Shown in pieces: positions 36,501-51,400 of a stretch of DNA of 64,000 nt; position 1 is the first letter of the stretch; the number at the start of each line of letters is the position of its first letter. This DNA comes from Magallana gigas. Lineage: Eukaryota. The DNA is taken from NCBI RefSeq assembly GCF_963853765.1, contig NC_088857.1, positions 15,438,001-15,502,000 of the forward strand, given 5' to 3'. The translations under genes were made by a program, and so were the position numbers. The notes under the pieces were generated by a model that saw only the letters and a list, made by a program, of their open reading frames with translations, ran no database searches and was not told the DNA's origin.

Positions 36501-39500
36501 TTAAACTCTCATTTCATGCTGAAATAATATGACATATATGTGTAGCTGGCATTTCGAATCTACAGCTGCCCGCAAACTAAGGGATGACACTAGCATGCTA
36601 TAACACATAGAATTCTACCATCTTTCTCCCTATCCTCAGTAGGGTTTAGGTCAATGAAAGTGTCACATTTGTTCTTTTGTTGAGTGGAATCATCCTCCAC
36701 AGGAATTTCCACATTTTCATCCTCCTCCTCATTCACTGGTCAGTGGATATACATTGTAGATAATGTTAATATAACCCCAATCAACTTATTTCCAGTTTTG
36801 ATACTTATCAATTGAAGTAAAAAGAAAGATTCTGGAAAATTCATACCTTCACTACTCAGTTCCTGTACATGGCGTCTATCGACAACAATGACCTCCTCCT
36901 TCAATTGTTCAGGCTGTTTCTGGGTCTTTGGGGGCCTCTTCAAAGATCTTGGACTAGCCTTACTGGTCAGCTTACACCTAGACAACCATTTAACAGAGTT
37001 GAATTCTCTACTGACTAAGGTTTGGAAAAATAATTAATAGTTCAAACTTATACAAACTTATAGATATTTGCACACTGAGGTTTAAATTTACACTGGCCCT
37101 TAATTATGCTCACTTGTAACATGGAGTGGCACCTTCCACTTTTAGGAGACTAAAATGGCCCATCTTCCCGCCAAGTTTCACTCCCTTTGCATGCTTATAC
37201 TCGCAGCAAGTGCTGACACGACAGTCTACCCGACCATCCATGAAAATGGACAGACTGAAGGGGAAGCCGCGGTGTCGACGAGAAATAAAACTGAAGGTGT
37301 CTACAACAATCAAATGAACAAACTGATTCTTGCATTTGTTAAAGTCATGACATTTAATAAAAAAAATAATTGTGCAATCATATAGTCTAGAATGTGCTTG
37401 TTGTCTTTAAAAAGTATTATTTGCAATTATAGCTTTAGTATCTTGATCATCAATATCTCCAAAACCATATGCATGAGAATGCCAAAGTTATCATTCTTTC
37501 TTCAGACCACATCAAGTTTAAATGTATATGAGATAAATAACTTTGACTGTAAATAAGCAACAGAAATGAACATACCACCAGGTTTCAGATTTTCTTTAAA
37601 CACAGTCAAGGTATTTCCTCCACAGTGTTGTTGGTCAATAGAAATATTCTGGGTGGGGTCATACTGATCCCTGGGGAGGGTCAGGTTAGGCCCATGGTAC
37701 TTCATAGTGATCTCACAAAGGGTCTGCACCTCCCCCTGGTGCAACATGGCAGGTTCCTGTCGGTGCAGCATCAGTGTTCCCTGTGGGTCAAATTAAATAT
37801 ATATATTTACATACAATTAAAGTATATTTTTTGCCATAATTGTTATTAATACATCATATCTTTAAAAAAAATTCACTTTTTAAAAATTTTATCTAAAAGA
37901 TTTTGATGAATTTGTTCTTAATGTACCGGTAGATGCAAGGAAAATACATTGGTAAATGATTATGTGAGAACCTTTACCTTTAAAGCCAAAAGCATTTAAT
38001 CACCACTGTTGTTGCTATATAACTAAATTGCTAACTTGACATTGCTAATAGCAACTTCCTTAAAGTAAATATCTAATACAAAAACACACATTTGTTTGCT
38101 ATTGTTGAAAAAAAATTCCCTTTCAGTTTTGTATTCTTTTAGTATTTATCCTCAAATTTATTACATTTGGAATGATAAATTCAAATCAAAATGCATAAAA
38201 TCTTGAAAAGTGTTACCTTTTGGCAATTGTATATGTATAAAGCTAATATCTGATTGTTAAAGATGGCCGTTTTCAATGAAGCATTGCAATAAGTCAAAAA
38301 AGGCATTTTTTTCTTGTGGCAAAAATTTGATCAAATAAAATATGTCTATATATTGCATGCATATGCAATCTCATCATACAAGATGATTAGATCCAATGAG
38401 AATCCATAAAACTGTCTACACTGTGTTGCTAAAAGGTAAATAACATAAAAATTATCAACATGCATGCAATGGTTTTATATGAGTACTCTGGTACATGCAT
38501 CAATAAAATCAATAACTAGTTAATAAGCAATTCGCTAATTTGAAAAAATAACTATGAATATGTGTAAACAATAAACTAAAAAAAAACCCCATCTAATATC
38601 TAAATGCTTTTTCCCAAAATTTAAAAGCATCAGGTTTCCCACCATCATGCTGTTAGATAACTGAGGCATGCTAAAATGAACTTGTTACAACTCAGAATAA
38701 AGGGTGGGTGTGCAAGGGGATACTATGCATACTTCCACAACTCTTGGTCTATTAAGAGGTCGTCTTTGGTAGCCGTTTCGAGGGCCTCGGGAAGGGGTAC
38801 CCTTTAAAGAGTGGTCCCGCTCAGAGCTTACACTATAGCTCCTCTCGGAACCTCTCTCTGATGATTGTGCAGACTGAAATTCCATGGACATTGAAGGTGA
38901 TAAATCATTAAAAATGGTTTTATATGAGTTTAGTATACAAAAAAATGAATCAGGTTGCAAATTCAAACAATGCTGTCACAGAACAAACAATCTATATTAG
39001 ACCTGAATAGAGGATGAAAAATGAAAACCTGCCTTATCAGTAAATTTCTTTACTCTTACACATATATTTTGTTGACAATTTGGTTAAATGGGTCAAATCA
39101 ATTCAAGAATTGATCCAAATATATCAAGATGCCTGAAGAGGGGAAGAAAAGGTTGACACCAATTGCCAATATAAAAGACAAATAGAAAATTATGATACCT
39201 TCTTCTCCCTTGGGCTTAAACTGCGATGGGGTTCTGCAGTCCTTGGGCGGGAGCGAATGCGAGGTCGTGACCCCACGCGGTTGCCACGGTGGCTCCGGGG
39301 AGGAGTGGGAAGAGGGGAGTGCAGATATGGAGACATAGATTCCTGCTCAATACGAGACAACTGAAGGGCATATTTCCTCAAGGCTGCGGAGTCCAGCTGT
39401 TCAGAGAGAGTAAAAAGAATTTAGCATTACTTACTTGTAGACTTAATGTAAATTATTGATACTGATTTCATACAGTCCCAGAAACGTTCTACTTTCACAT

Positions 39501-42500
39501 TTTTCCGTGCGTTCACCATGTGTTCACATATTCATTTTGCACTCTGTTTGCGCTCTGCATTCGCTCATCTTTCAATGTTCATAAGCGCTCACCAACTTCC
39601 ATTTAGCATGAGCTCACATTTTGCTCCAAGTGCGCTCACCCTTTGCTCAGCATGTGCTCACCGCGCAGTTATTCACCGTTCAAGTGGGAAAGTAGAACAT
39701 TTCAGGGACTGTAACAATTCCTAGATTATCATTCATTACTTAAAAGTTTTAGAAATCACATTTTAAATGAATAATTTTTAAAAAGATATATATGCTTGAA
39801 TTCCCTTCCCTTAAAAAAACTCCCTGCTTTTCATTATGTCTTTCAGATAAGAATCTTTAAAGAAATTTTAATTAAATACAAAAAAACTTACAGCATAAAG
39901 GTGCTTGGTATCAATTTCCTGGGGCTTAGCCTTGGTTGTTCGAAAATCCTCACGTCCATTTGGACTCAGCTCACGGCCATGTTCATCCACATATACAACC
40001 TGATAATTCACGTATTAACAACTTTGAATCAAAGTTTTACTTGTAGCTTTATGTCTGAAATTTTTTTTTACAAAATTTCTAAAATTTCATCACAAATTCT
40101 TTTTTTTGTAATATAATACATTTTGTAGTAAAATCTAAAAGTTTTAATAACTGATACTCAATTTAAACATAAACATTTTAATAAAATTGTATAAGAAAAA
40201 GTACATTAATTTTGTATATGTGTGGTTTTTTTATTTCCTGAATTAACAACTAAAGGAAAAATAAATATCATTTGTTACATGTATTAATTCAAAAGTAAGT
40301 CTTTGCGTTATACATGTATTACATATATTTGTATATGAAGCAATCCAGCAACATCATTCATTACAATGGATTAAAAAGCATGATTAAACCTAAGCAGCTA
40401 GCAACCACATTATTGACATTATAATTAAGTTTGACAACTGAATTACATAAGCATAATAAGCTATAATTTTTCTAAAATTCTTAAGATATAGAGTCTAAAA
40501 GTCTTATGTAGTGTACATATTAATCAACTGACAACTAACAAGAGCATCATATGCATATTAAAGCATCTACTGTGCTTCTTTTATGTGATTTAACAATGAA
40601 AGACTACTGCATATACTGTGTACTTAAAAGAATACATGTATGTTTGATGCTTATTTAATAAGATTTTTTTTTTAACTGATGTTCTTTCAGTTAATTGCTG
40701 CTGCATGCATTACTTAATTAAGTAATTAAAACACAGATGAGAGCTTAATTATTGCCATGCAATGAACATGCAATTCTTTCAAATTATTTAAGTTGATCTG
40801 ACAAATGATGTAAATTATAAATACTGCAAGTTGCATAGGTGCACATTATGACGTATATTTATATGTATACATGAATATATGCCAACATTGTGAAATTGTA
40901 ACGATTGTCATCATGCATGTATTTCAACATTGCAATCATCATTCTGCTGACAGTGAAGTTTTGAAAGTGGGGACCTGAGTGACTTACATTCTCATAATGA
41001 TTTCCCGAGGGGGCACTTTGCGGCCTATACCTCTGTTGATTAGCTGTTTCAGGGCGGCTGGCGGAACGACTTGACCGCGGGGATAAATACGGCAAAATCT
41101 CTTCATCCCCTTTTCTCCCTCTTGAGCTCTAGCATTAAAAAGCATTAACAGGTACAGAATACAAATATCACTTCAAAACTCCATTAAGGGATTAATTCTG
41201 CAATATCACACTGTTAATGTGTTAGCCTAATTATCACCATAGTTCTAGATAATGTAATGTTAGTTGAAACAATGCACTAAGAGGACTTAAAATATTGGAC
41301 TCTGTCGCATTCTAATGCCCTGGAAAACAACTCAGTTTTATCTTCATAATGTTATAGATACGACTAAAAAATGGTTGTTGCATGTAAATCATTGCTTTTC
41401 TGACCAAAAAAATCAATACGGCATATATATATTCGATCAATTTACTAGGGCCAATGATTCCCCTGAACAGCTTTATCAATTATTCAAGCCAGCTTAATTG
41501 TCTTTGTACAAGACTGAATCCTTCTCCATTCAATGAGTTACTGACTTCTTGTACATGTACAAGGTATTCCCTTAGAATTATTTTTCTATTTAGTTGACCT
41601 TGCAAATTGAACTACCGGTAACAGAATATACCACAATTTTTTCATCTGTTTTAAAACCTACACATCAATCATGTATGTATTTAAAAAAAAAACATGTACA
41701 ATGATATTTTAATGTTCATTAGGAAAATATTCTGCTTAGCTATATATGAATTATACCCATAATGGGTTGGGCGCCGTTGCCGGGGTATGTTTATTAATTT
41801 AAAACACTCGTCAAGGATTTTTCCATTCCAATGCATTATACATATGCATATGATATAGCACTTAACTCTTTAAAGCCATCAATAAAACATTTATTAAAGT
41901 GTAATCAATTTTCATTTAATTTTTAATCATTCAAAATCAATGCATGAAAAAAATCACATCTAATTAGCTATTAGGCGATCTAAGATCTACATTTCAGATT
42001 AATTTTGCCATTTAATAATGGTACAAGTGTACTTCAATTGATACACCTTAACAAATTTGAACATTTTTGATAATCTTCAAGACCATTTTTTTTTTTTTTG
42101 TCTTTAGATTTATAAGCATTTAATCTTTTATCGGATCAATGAATCTCTATAACAGTTTATTGAACAGTTTAAGCTGATTGAGTTACAGGTATTAAAATCT
42201 GATGCACTTGTACAATTCTATCAACCTAATCCTTAAGTCTTGAATTTCATTTAAGCTTTTAAGAGTAATTCATGCACATATCACAAACGTCTTCCTTTTG
42301 AGTTAAAGTGGCCTGTCTGCATTATTGAAGTAATACTGTTGAGTTTAATAACAACTTTTTCTGTACGCACATTCTACAGTTACATGTATTACCACTCAAT
42401 GCATGAAGATTAAAGAATTAGTCACACACAAATTTAATAAGTGATGCCTATACCCAATGAAAACAACAAAAGTTTATAATAACACATCTATTAAAGAAGT

Positions 42501-45500
42501 CAACACTGGTCAATGAAGACACTTTAACAAACTTTTTCTTCCTCCTCCTCTTCCTCTGGGGGTGGCGGGGGTGGGGTTGGAGTGGGGGGTGGGACCCATT
42601 TGGCTCGTGGTGACAGAAGTGGCAGCAAATAAGAGTCATTGCTGTGTTTATCATTCTAAAATAGGTCGCATGCTATATGTACGTCCACACCAAGAGTCAA
42701 TCTTAAAACTATATATCACTATCTGAGTAATTGCTCTGACAACTTAATATCGATCTCCACGCTACATGTATTTAATATCTAATTTCTAATCTATTGACAA
42801 ATTAAGTCATTTACTAAAATGCAACGCACATTCCTATAATTCAATCATTTCCTGCACGCAATTTACTCATTAATTCAATTAATATATTGATCGAACATCA
42901 GCATGTGTAAATTGATGAAACTTTACATAATGACACCGAGTCATACTAATTGTCATGCAATAAAACTTATTGACAAACCTGACATACATACAATTTTAGT
43001 AAATGTAATTCTAATGAAGAGTCTCTATGGACTTATACCTGGCTCAGGTACAATTAAGGTGCAAGTAAACGAGAACTAAAGAGAACATATTGAATTTTCT
43101 TCCTGCACCAAAGTCCTGCGTTACTAAGAAATTAATCACTACTGTGATAAAATCAATAGTCTTTGGGCCCTGATAAGATATACTCATGAAAAAATAATAA
43201 TCCAGACAAATCTTGCACATTAAAATGATGAGGATTTAACATATCAATAGATATTTTGCAGGCCTGAGGAACAAATTCTGTTTACCATGAAGCATTAAGG
43301 CATTGATCTTAACTGTCTACAGTACTCATCTGCAAAACAGTGCACATGACACAAATATGTGTAGGAAAATGAAATTTACACACTTTTAAAAAAAAGATCT
43401 GCACTGTTCAATTTGATGGATATAATATATATATTCTATTAAATATCTATAAAAATTGGTTATGCACATGCATGTATATTACAATATGCATTCGAATAAA
43501 TATGTTGAATGTTGATTTTATTCACCATGTATGAGCTAGTGTATTCAATTTGCTCTGTCCCTTGTATACATGTTATATGACGTACAGCAGGATAAAAATT
43601 AGTGATGTGTCTACAGGGAGATAACTCTGAAGCAGGAATGTTTCCATAGTGACACCAGATACCCTTAAAAAGCAAACTGGCGGGATTCGGTCACTGCAAT
43701 TGTACATGAATGAACCTAGCAGATGCAAACTATCTAACATGCATAGCAATATTACACTGCTTTTTTGACATTAACTTGAGTCCAACAGATCACTGCATAC
43801 TTCATTGAAATTGTACTGCTAGTGACTCTGCAGAAGACCTTGAATTGTCACCCATAGTATACATATAATATGATAGACTACTTGCAGACACCGGCAATCA
43901 AATGTGTGAATTTCATTCTCACCCGATAACGATTTCTACCAATTTTCTCCTCCTTAACCACTGTTTTATCCTAGTTGTAAATAACACATATATATTTATA
44001 TTAGGAGCTAGTCAAGGAGTTTTCTTCAGCATGCTTGCTCTTTCAGACTGTGACAGATGTTAAAACACTAAGATACGTACTGTACATCCCAAACATCTGA
44101 ACATGAATACATCACAGTAACATGCACTCTTATCGTAAATGTTCCATTCCATTCATGGCTGTGTTCAATCAGTTTCATATGTTGGTCGGAGTATCATAAA
44201 AACTTTATTGTCTTCTTTAAAATTTTGATCTTTCAAAAAATTTCAATTTCACAACCTGCTCACTTAAAACATTTATAGGTTGCAAAATTTTGAGCTAATG
44301 ATGATGATGCTAGAATAAATGAATATATAAATTACAATTCTTTCCTCCCTATTCCCATCACTGATATTGGGCCTATGAAATTCTTAAGTCTCTTACCCTC
44401 ACTCTTCTAACGAGCTCAATCTTGGCAATCTCCTCCAGCTTTCTCCGGATTTCCACTTGCCGGGTGCGTTCCATGTCCAGCGACTTGTGTACAATGGCCT
44501 GAGCTAACATGTCCTTCACATGCTTCTTGTGCTCTTTTCTAGCCATGTTGAGTCTATACTGATTTTCTGATAACAGTTCCCCGCGTTTGTTCACCTAAAA
44601 TTGAATTTTCATATAATTTCATGTTTAACATGACCTGTATAGTAATTTTCTTCATTTGAAACAAAATTTATCTTCCAGTGACTGCAAACAAATGTTTGCC
44701 ATATCAAAAATTTTATTTTATGAAAAAAACATACTTTAATACTAGTATACGAATCAATACAAGTTATTTTTCACTTTTTTTTTTTGGTAGAGTTATACGC
44801 AAATTATCAATCTGGTTAAAAAAAATAATAAAGGGTATTAAAAGATTTGATAATGTCCAAAAGTTTCTCTCTTAATTAAATATACATAGCATGCTTGTGC
44901 AGTAGAACTGAGCTCATACCAGTCCGGCCTTGCGAAGGTGTCTTCTCATGCGGGTGTTGGAGAAGTACCCTGACAGGTTCCTGTCCGTCAGGCTGTTGTA
45001 GGTGGCCAGAGGCCTGTTTCATACAAAAACAAATCAGATCATTAGAAAATTGATAATATAAAACCAATTAATAAAAGCCCATGTATTCAGGCTTCAGAAG
45101 AGGTAGTTCTAACACTTGATCTCCAACTTACCAAGCTTCAGTTTGAACATTGTATCTGATCATGAGGGCAAACAACCATTGTTTTTAAGGTGCATGGTCT
45201 TATACAAAATAAAAACTATTTCATCAGCTTTGCAATAATTTACAGTGAAATATTATGTGAAGCTACATATTAACACAATAACATAAATATTACATGTAAG
45301 GGGCAATTGATAGATCTATGGATGCATGCATGTTTATAAGTACATATACCTTTTTTAAAACTATATGATATACTGACATTCGTCTTTGTCAAGTTATCTA
45401 GATGAATCAATGACTTAATATAGAGAAAATAAGTTGCAAAGCATCATGTTATTATAATTTCAGAATGATTTTCAATTATTTTTAATTCATATATACATGT

Positions 45501-45941
45501 AACATGTATATGCTCTGAATTAAACATCAAAATCATGTAAACTTTCCATGAATATCCATTTAATTCTGAAGTAATTGATTCTTCATAAAACTCAGGAGCA
45601 TTCATTTTCATGATATCCTACAGCCACCTAATCTCCTTAGCAGTGATAAGGTCTCAACACACTAAATCTGCTCCCTGGCTTGTGTGACGATTTATCAAAC
45701 AAATTATTCAAATCAGCGACCCCCTATTCTAAGTAGCATGATACTAGGAGACTCAAAATTACAGGCTAAACATACCCCCGACTGTTTGTTGGTGCAAATA
45801 TTGATTGATTCAAAGTTAAACATAGAAACCAAAACAGACATGCATTGTTTGGTCTATATCAACATTAGGCATTTTATATATGCATGCTTGGGAAACTTAA
45901 AGAGTTTATAGTCATGCGATGTAAAAAACTCTCTCTCTCTC

Positions 45942-45972
<31 letters not shown>

Positions 45973-46629
45973 TCCCGTAAAACATTAAAAACCCCAAGTT
46001 CACCCTATTATAAATTTATTGATTTTAAAAAGGAGAAATATTAATCAAAGCTACTTCATTAACTATATATTTTCTGAGTAAATAATGATAAAAAATTTAA
46101 TGTTCTATGAGACCTGTGTGAAGAGAGATTTAATGCCTGAATACACAAAGACTTGAAATGTAAATAACACTGCATGTTTATTTAATATGCAATTAATCAT
46201 GCATGCAGCAGATATTTAAATAAAATGAATCAGATACGCTATGTACTGCAAACATGATAACTTGCCCTTACATTAATTAAGCTACTGGTATCTGTCTGAA
46301 AAGCTAATATTACCGGTAATATGGGAAATGTGTTCAGAACTGTATCTAAATTAATTAACACCTCAAAAAAGATATTAACTTGCATAACTATTGGCTGGAG
46401 GAAAAATTTAAGTTTTTGTCAATGAAAGATTCATGATGAATTTAGACAGTCGATGATCTCCATCCTGCAGTGTTTATAAATTTAAACTGACCCATTATGA
46501 ATATACTCATCATATATATCTCTGTCATGTAGGTTTCCTTTGAGAAAACTTGCATTAAAAGATCTTTATGTACAATAGAAAACAAATGATCGAACTTTTG
46601 AAAGATATATCGATCAATATATAAAACCA

Positions 46630-46667
<38 letters not shown>

Positions 46668-46764
46668 CGACCCCCCCTGGAAAATGAAAATTTATTAAAT
46701 TTACATAGTAAAATTATCGCAAAAATATGCCTCGGACCCCCCCTGGCAAACACAATTATCCTTC

Positions 46765-46798
<34 letters not shown>

Positions 46799-47417
46799 AT
46801 GCAATGATTAAAAAAAGTACATCATGAAAAAAATCAAGCTTTTTTATTTTTTCCAGACCATACCGGAGGTTAATAAAACCATGCAATTTAATAAGAATAT
46901 GAAGGCAGTAAAATCTATATAATGCATGGGGTTCATTCCCCAGATTTGATGTTTAAAAATTATATTGAAAATTCACCAAGTTATATATTTTTTTATGAAG
47001 GTCACTCTATAGATACCGGGTAATAAGACTATATTTGTCAGTGGTATATTTAATCAATGTGTAAAATATTCATTTCAAAATATTTCTTAATAAAGGTTTA
47101 TTGTTAATGTCTTTAAAAATATTAGCAATATTTGTAACTGATAAAAATTAATTATCTTATCTTCAACTTAATTCGGTCATAATAATTGTAATGGTACATT
47201 CAACATGTTCAAAAAGGTTCACCTAATTTCAATAATTTTGTTTAAATTAGTTTTCATCTCATGAACCCATGAGATTACTCCATTATGATTAAAAGTAGAC
47301 ACCTTATTTTTTCAATACTAAAATTTACAGATATATAATCTACTTGAAGCTATCAATGCATTGATTAACATTACAGAAATCCTGTTCATCAACTTACCCT
47401 TCGTAAACGTGACTCAT
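29179..47417 (-). CDS. ERICH3: Glutamate-rich protein 3 (DUF4590 domain plus long acidic C-terminus), ~1997 aa
   Basis: Exons 47417-47398, 45013-44920, 44594-44397, 41128-40988, 39396-39199, 38873-38733, 37780-37576, 37300-37114, 36977-36847, 36735-36619, 36053-35976, 35343-35275, 33593-29179 (5994 nt, phases match). N-terminus MSHVYEGPLATYNSLTDRNLSGYFSNTRMRRHLRKAGL...LAQAIVHKSLDMER and QQHCGGNTLTVFKENLKPGDTFSFISRRHRGFPFSL...CCEYKH...PCYKC match ERICH3/C1orf173 as recalled. Confidence 0.9.
45930..45971. repeat. (CT)n microsatellite in ERICH3 intron 1
   Basis: Direct reading, with one interruption. Confidence 0.8.
46632..46802. mobile_element. GC-rich MITE (171 bp) with a 3-bp AAT target-site duplication in ERICH3 intron 1
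   Basis: AAT|GCATGCGCGGATC(T)AGA ... TCTGGATCCGCGCATGC|AAT; internal GGACCCCCC(C)TGG repeats. Confidence 0.85.
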
Positions 47418-48410
47418 TTTTACTTTATGCGTTCGTATAAATTGGTTTCATCAATCCATGTCTCGAAATTACTCCATCATTATGGGAAAAACTAGGAACA
47501 ACAGTTTTCAACACAGCTCGTCGCCGGGGTGAACCACGTGATCAAACAAAGTGCGAGATTCCCGAGTGCTCTCTAGACTTTACCATTCACATACCCATAA
47601 ATCCTGTTTCCGAAATTACGGAAGTTGATAAATAATCTAAAATCAGACATCACTCATTCGCTGTATATATATAATCCCGGAAAATATAAAGGTTAAATCG
47701 TGTTTTGAATATATGAATAAGTGTTATTTATGTTAAACGAAAACAATGTAAACAATTAATAAAAAATAATCACTACAGAATAAGGAAGTACATCAAGAAA
47801 AAAAAAGAAAGAAGAAAATTATTTTACTTCGTAAAAGGTTTTTTCTTTTACTCACATCCGCGAGAGTTATTATAGTAGTACAGTCCACTATCTTCGCACC
47901 AGCCTAAGCACCATCCCCATAGGGCATGCGCGAAGGAAAGATGGGTCATGCGACATGCGTACTTCCTTCTTTCTGTTTTGAAACATTCAATTTCAAACGA
48001 AGAGGTATTTTTTTCTTAATTTGTTTTAATGACAATACCATATTATGGTAACAAAATTTGTTTGAGAATATAACCAAATGCAAAACTCATTTACTTTTCT
48101 TTGAAAATAAACCCAATCGGATTTTTCTCAAATATTAAAGGGGAAAAAATTGGCGTCAACCTCGTACGTATTATATAACCCTTTCTATGATCGATTTAGT
48201 CCTACCATATAATGGTAAGCACACCACAGAATTTGCCAAAATTAAATTTTAATCACTCTGGACCTGATATGTGTCTGCAGAGGGATAGGTAATGTCAGGG
48301 ACGTATATACTAACGATTGTGTTATATATGTCTCTGGTAATGTTCACTATTCAATTTCAAGAACTGTCTATTGCAGATTATAATCGGTGTGTCGTAGTAT
48401 TAGGAAAAGT

Positions 48411-51400
48411 ATGGCCAATGCAAGTAAGTTTGTTGGTTTTATCAATTAACCTATATACGAGCATCATTGTAGCATACAAACAATTTTTTGCATTACCAAA
48501 AGCGGTATACATTGCTACATATGATTGGCTGTTCGTTCGCCCTAAAAAGCGCTCGCCCTTGACGCCGTTCGCTCTAGTTTCCGCTACATATGGCACGTCA
48601 AATTCACAAAAATAAGTTAAACATAGTTTTACAGTCGATAAACTAAGCTTAACGATTGTAAACTACATTTTAAGGACAGAATTCTATAGTTAACGATTTA
48701 GTTAACTTTATTTAACACCCTTAATCTATATTTCACATATGTTAACTATAGTTAACACATTCATCTATGTTTCAGAAGTGTAAAACTACCATTAACACGG
48801 AACACGGAACCATTTGCGATTGCAAAACATAATTTATCTGATAAATATAGTTTCACAATTGTGAAACTATGATTAACAAGTCTGAACTATAGTTAAGGAA
48901 TGTAAATTATAGTTTACAGAAGTGAATCTATATTTATCAGCAAAATCTATTGTTAATGTTATTTGCAGACAGATAAACTTAGATTATAATCTGTAAACTA
49001 TAGTTTACATCTGTTAAATGTGGTTTTGCAGATGAAGACTATAGTTAACTGATCGTTAATTATAGTTAACAAATTGTTAACTATAGTTTGTGGTTCGTAA
49101 AGTTATCATTCGATAAAGGTAGTTTATTGACTCAGACTGTGAAACTATGTTTAGCTCATTTTGTGAATTTGGCGTGCCATAGCTACAACCCTTTCCCTAG
49201 ATGTTTTCCTGTCTTTCTTCAACCAAATTGATATTTATTTCCCAGGAAAACACTAGCACCACACCTATTTGATATCTATAACACTAGCACCACACCTATT
49301 TAACCTCTATAACACTAGCACCATACATATTTAACCTCTATAACACTAGCACCATACATATTTAACCTCTATAACACTAGCACCATACATGTTTAACCTC
49401 TATAACACTAGCACCATACATATTTAACCTCTATAACACTAGCACCACATATATCTTAGCTTTATGAAACTAGTACCACACATATTTAATCTTATAACAT
49501 TAGCACCTTACATAGCCTACCTCTTTCTCACTAGCCCACACATATCTTTAAAATATTAGCACCATACATATCTAGCCTTTTTAACACTGGCACCACGCTT
49601 ATCTAACCTCTATACACTAGCGACACACATATCTTAACTCTATAATGTTAGCACCACATATATTTAACCTCTATAAAATTACTACACGCATATTTAACCT
49701 TTATTACACTAGCACCACACATAACTTTACTCTTTAACATAAGCACCACACAAATTTAACTTCTTTAACACTAGCACCATGCATATCTTACATTTGAACA
49801 TTTTCACAACACATATCTTACCTCCTTAACACTAGGGCCAAACAATTATCTCTAAAACACAAGCACCACACATATTTAACCTCTATAACACTAGCATCGC
49901 ACATATTTTTAAACCTCTATAACACTAGCACCATACATATCCAACCTTTGTCACACTAGCACCACACATGTATTATCTCTAGAACATTAGCACCACTCAT
50001 ATTGAACTTCTAAATATGAACATTTATTTAAAGTTGATGTATTTCATCTACGTTAAGTTGAGTTATTTTTTTCATTATTTTTCTTAAAAAGAAATTGCTT
50101 TTTATTCAGTTTGCACTATAATTATTTATATAATGTCCAAACAGCTGTACCAATTTTAATCGTTTTATGAAGAAGAGTCCTTAATTATTCGAGCCCTTGA
50201 AAAAATTTTCATATTGAAAGCTGTTAAAATCTACACGTTGAGTCAAACTTTGTTATCTCGAACTAAATGGGGCTGTCTAAAATCTTCAAGAGATCTGAAT
50301 ATTTGAGATATTGAGGGTTAATTACTTAAAAAATAACTGATTGATACTTACAAATCATTTCAACATATCCTAGTATGTATTCGAGATATCAATGTCTGAG
50401 ATTTCAAAGTTCAACTGTATAAGTTTATGCTTAGATAATGTAATTGTTTCTATATAAATCTAATGAACAGCATTTATTTGCTCGCCTTGAAACAAGATAT
50501 TAAATGATATAATATCTTTTATTTTAATTAGGTTTAACCAAAGTTAATGAGCAGTACTGGGCTTCAGTTCAGGGCAAGGTAATGCCAGCATGTTTGCCAT
50601 AAATAATATTATAGGTTTTATTGCAAATCAATTTTTTTTTCATAGTTAACTATGATTAATAGTTAATAATAGACTAATTAAAAGAAGAAAATTGTATGCA
50701 TTAGGATTATTAACAGAGGGCTAGCGCTACATAGTGATTTATGTAGTGATGACTGTGCGAGACCATTCATGACAAGTTTGAAATTTTGATTTGCTTTTAA
50801 CTTGTACATCATTTCATTATCTAACATGATTTTCAAAGGAAACATATACGGGAATAAATCTGTTGAATGTTTTTATTACTGGGGTCATAGTGTTTCTTAA
50901 ATATTTATATCTTGCATTTTTAAATCAAAATTTCCATAATTATCTTTAGTATTATAACTACTGTATTAGGTTAAAGACTGGATTCAGAAAACAGATGCCA
51001 CTGTATTAGTTTTGTACATACCCCAGCCAACAAAGCGTAATCCTATCCCTACTTTAAAATTTGAAGGTAAGTTTTATTTTGAAAATATAATTTGACACAA
51101 GAGTCAGTTATTCTTTTATTCATTGATGTACCGGTATAAATGTATTTACCGGTAAATGTAAATACATATACATGTACTTAGTGTAAGAAATAAGCATTTT
51201 GATGATTGACAAAATAAACTAAGTTTATTTCATTTTTTATACACATTTTTTGTACATGTTTTATATTTTACTGGAAATACATGTACATTTGCTTAAACAT
51301 GTTTACTTTGTAGGGTCAAGAAAGTTGAAAGCTGTGGTAGAGTCAGAAGAAGTGAGGAGTGCCATCAGTACAGCTTGCAGCGGTCCCCCCCCTCCTGTGA

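Noticed and set aside
46442-46886. ORFs of 120 and 61 aa in ERICH3 intron 1
   Set aside because: They are read through the 171-bp MITE and are repeat-derived.
49249-50005. CRISPR-like appearance of the regularly spaced repeat
   Set aside because: Head-to-tail tandem units without unique spacers, eukaryotic context and no cas genes; it is a minisatellite.
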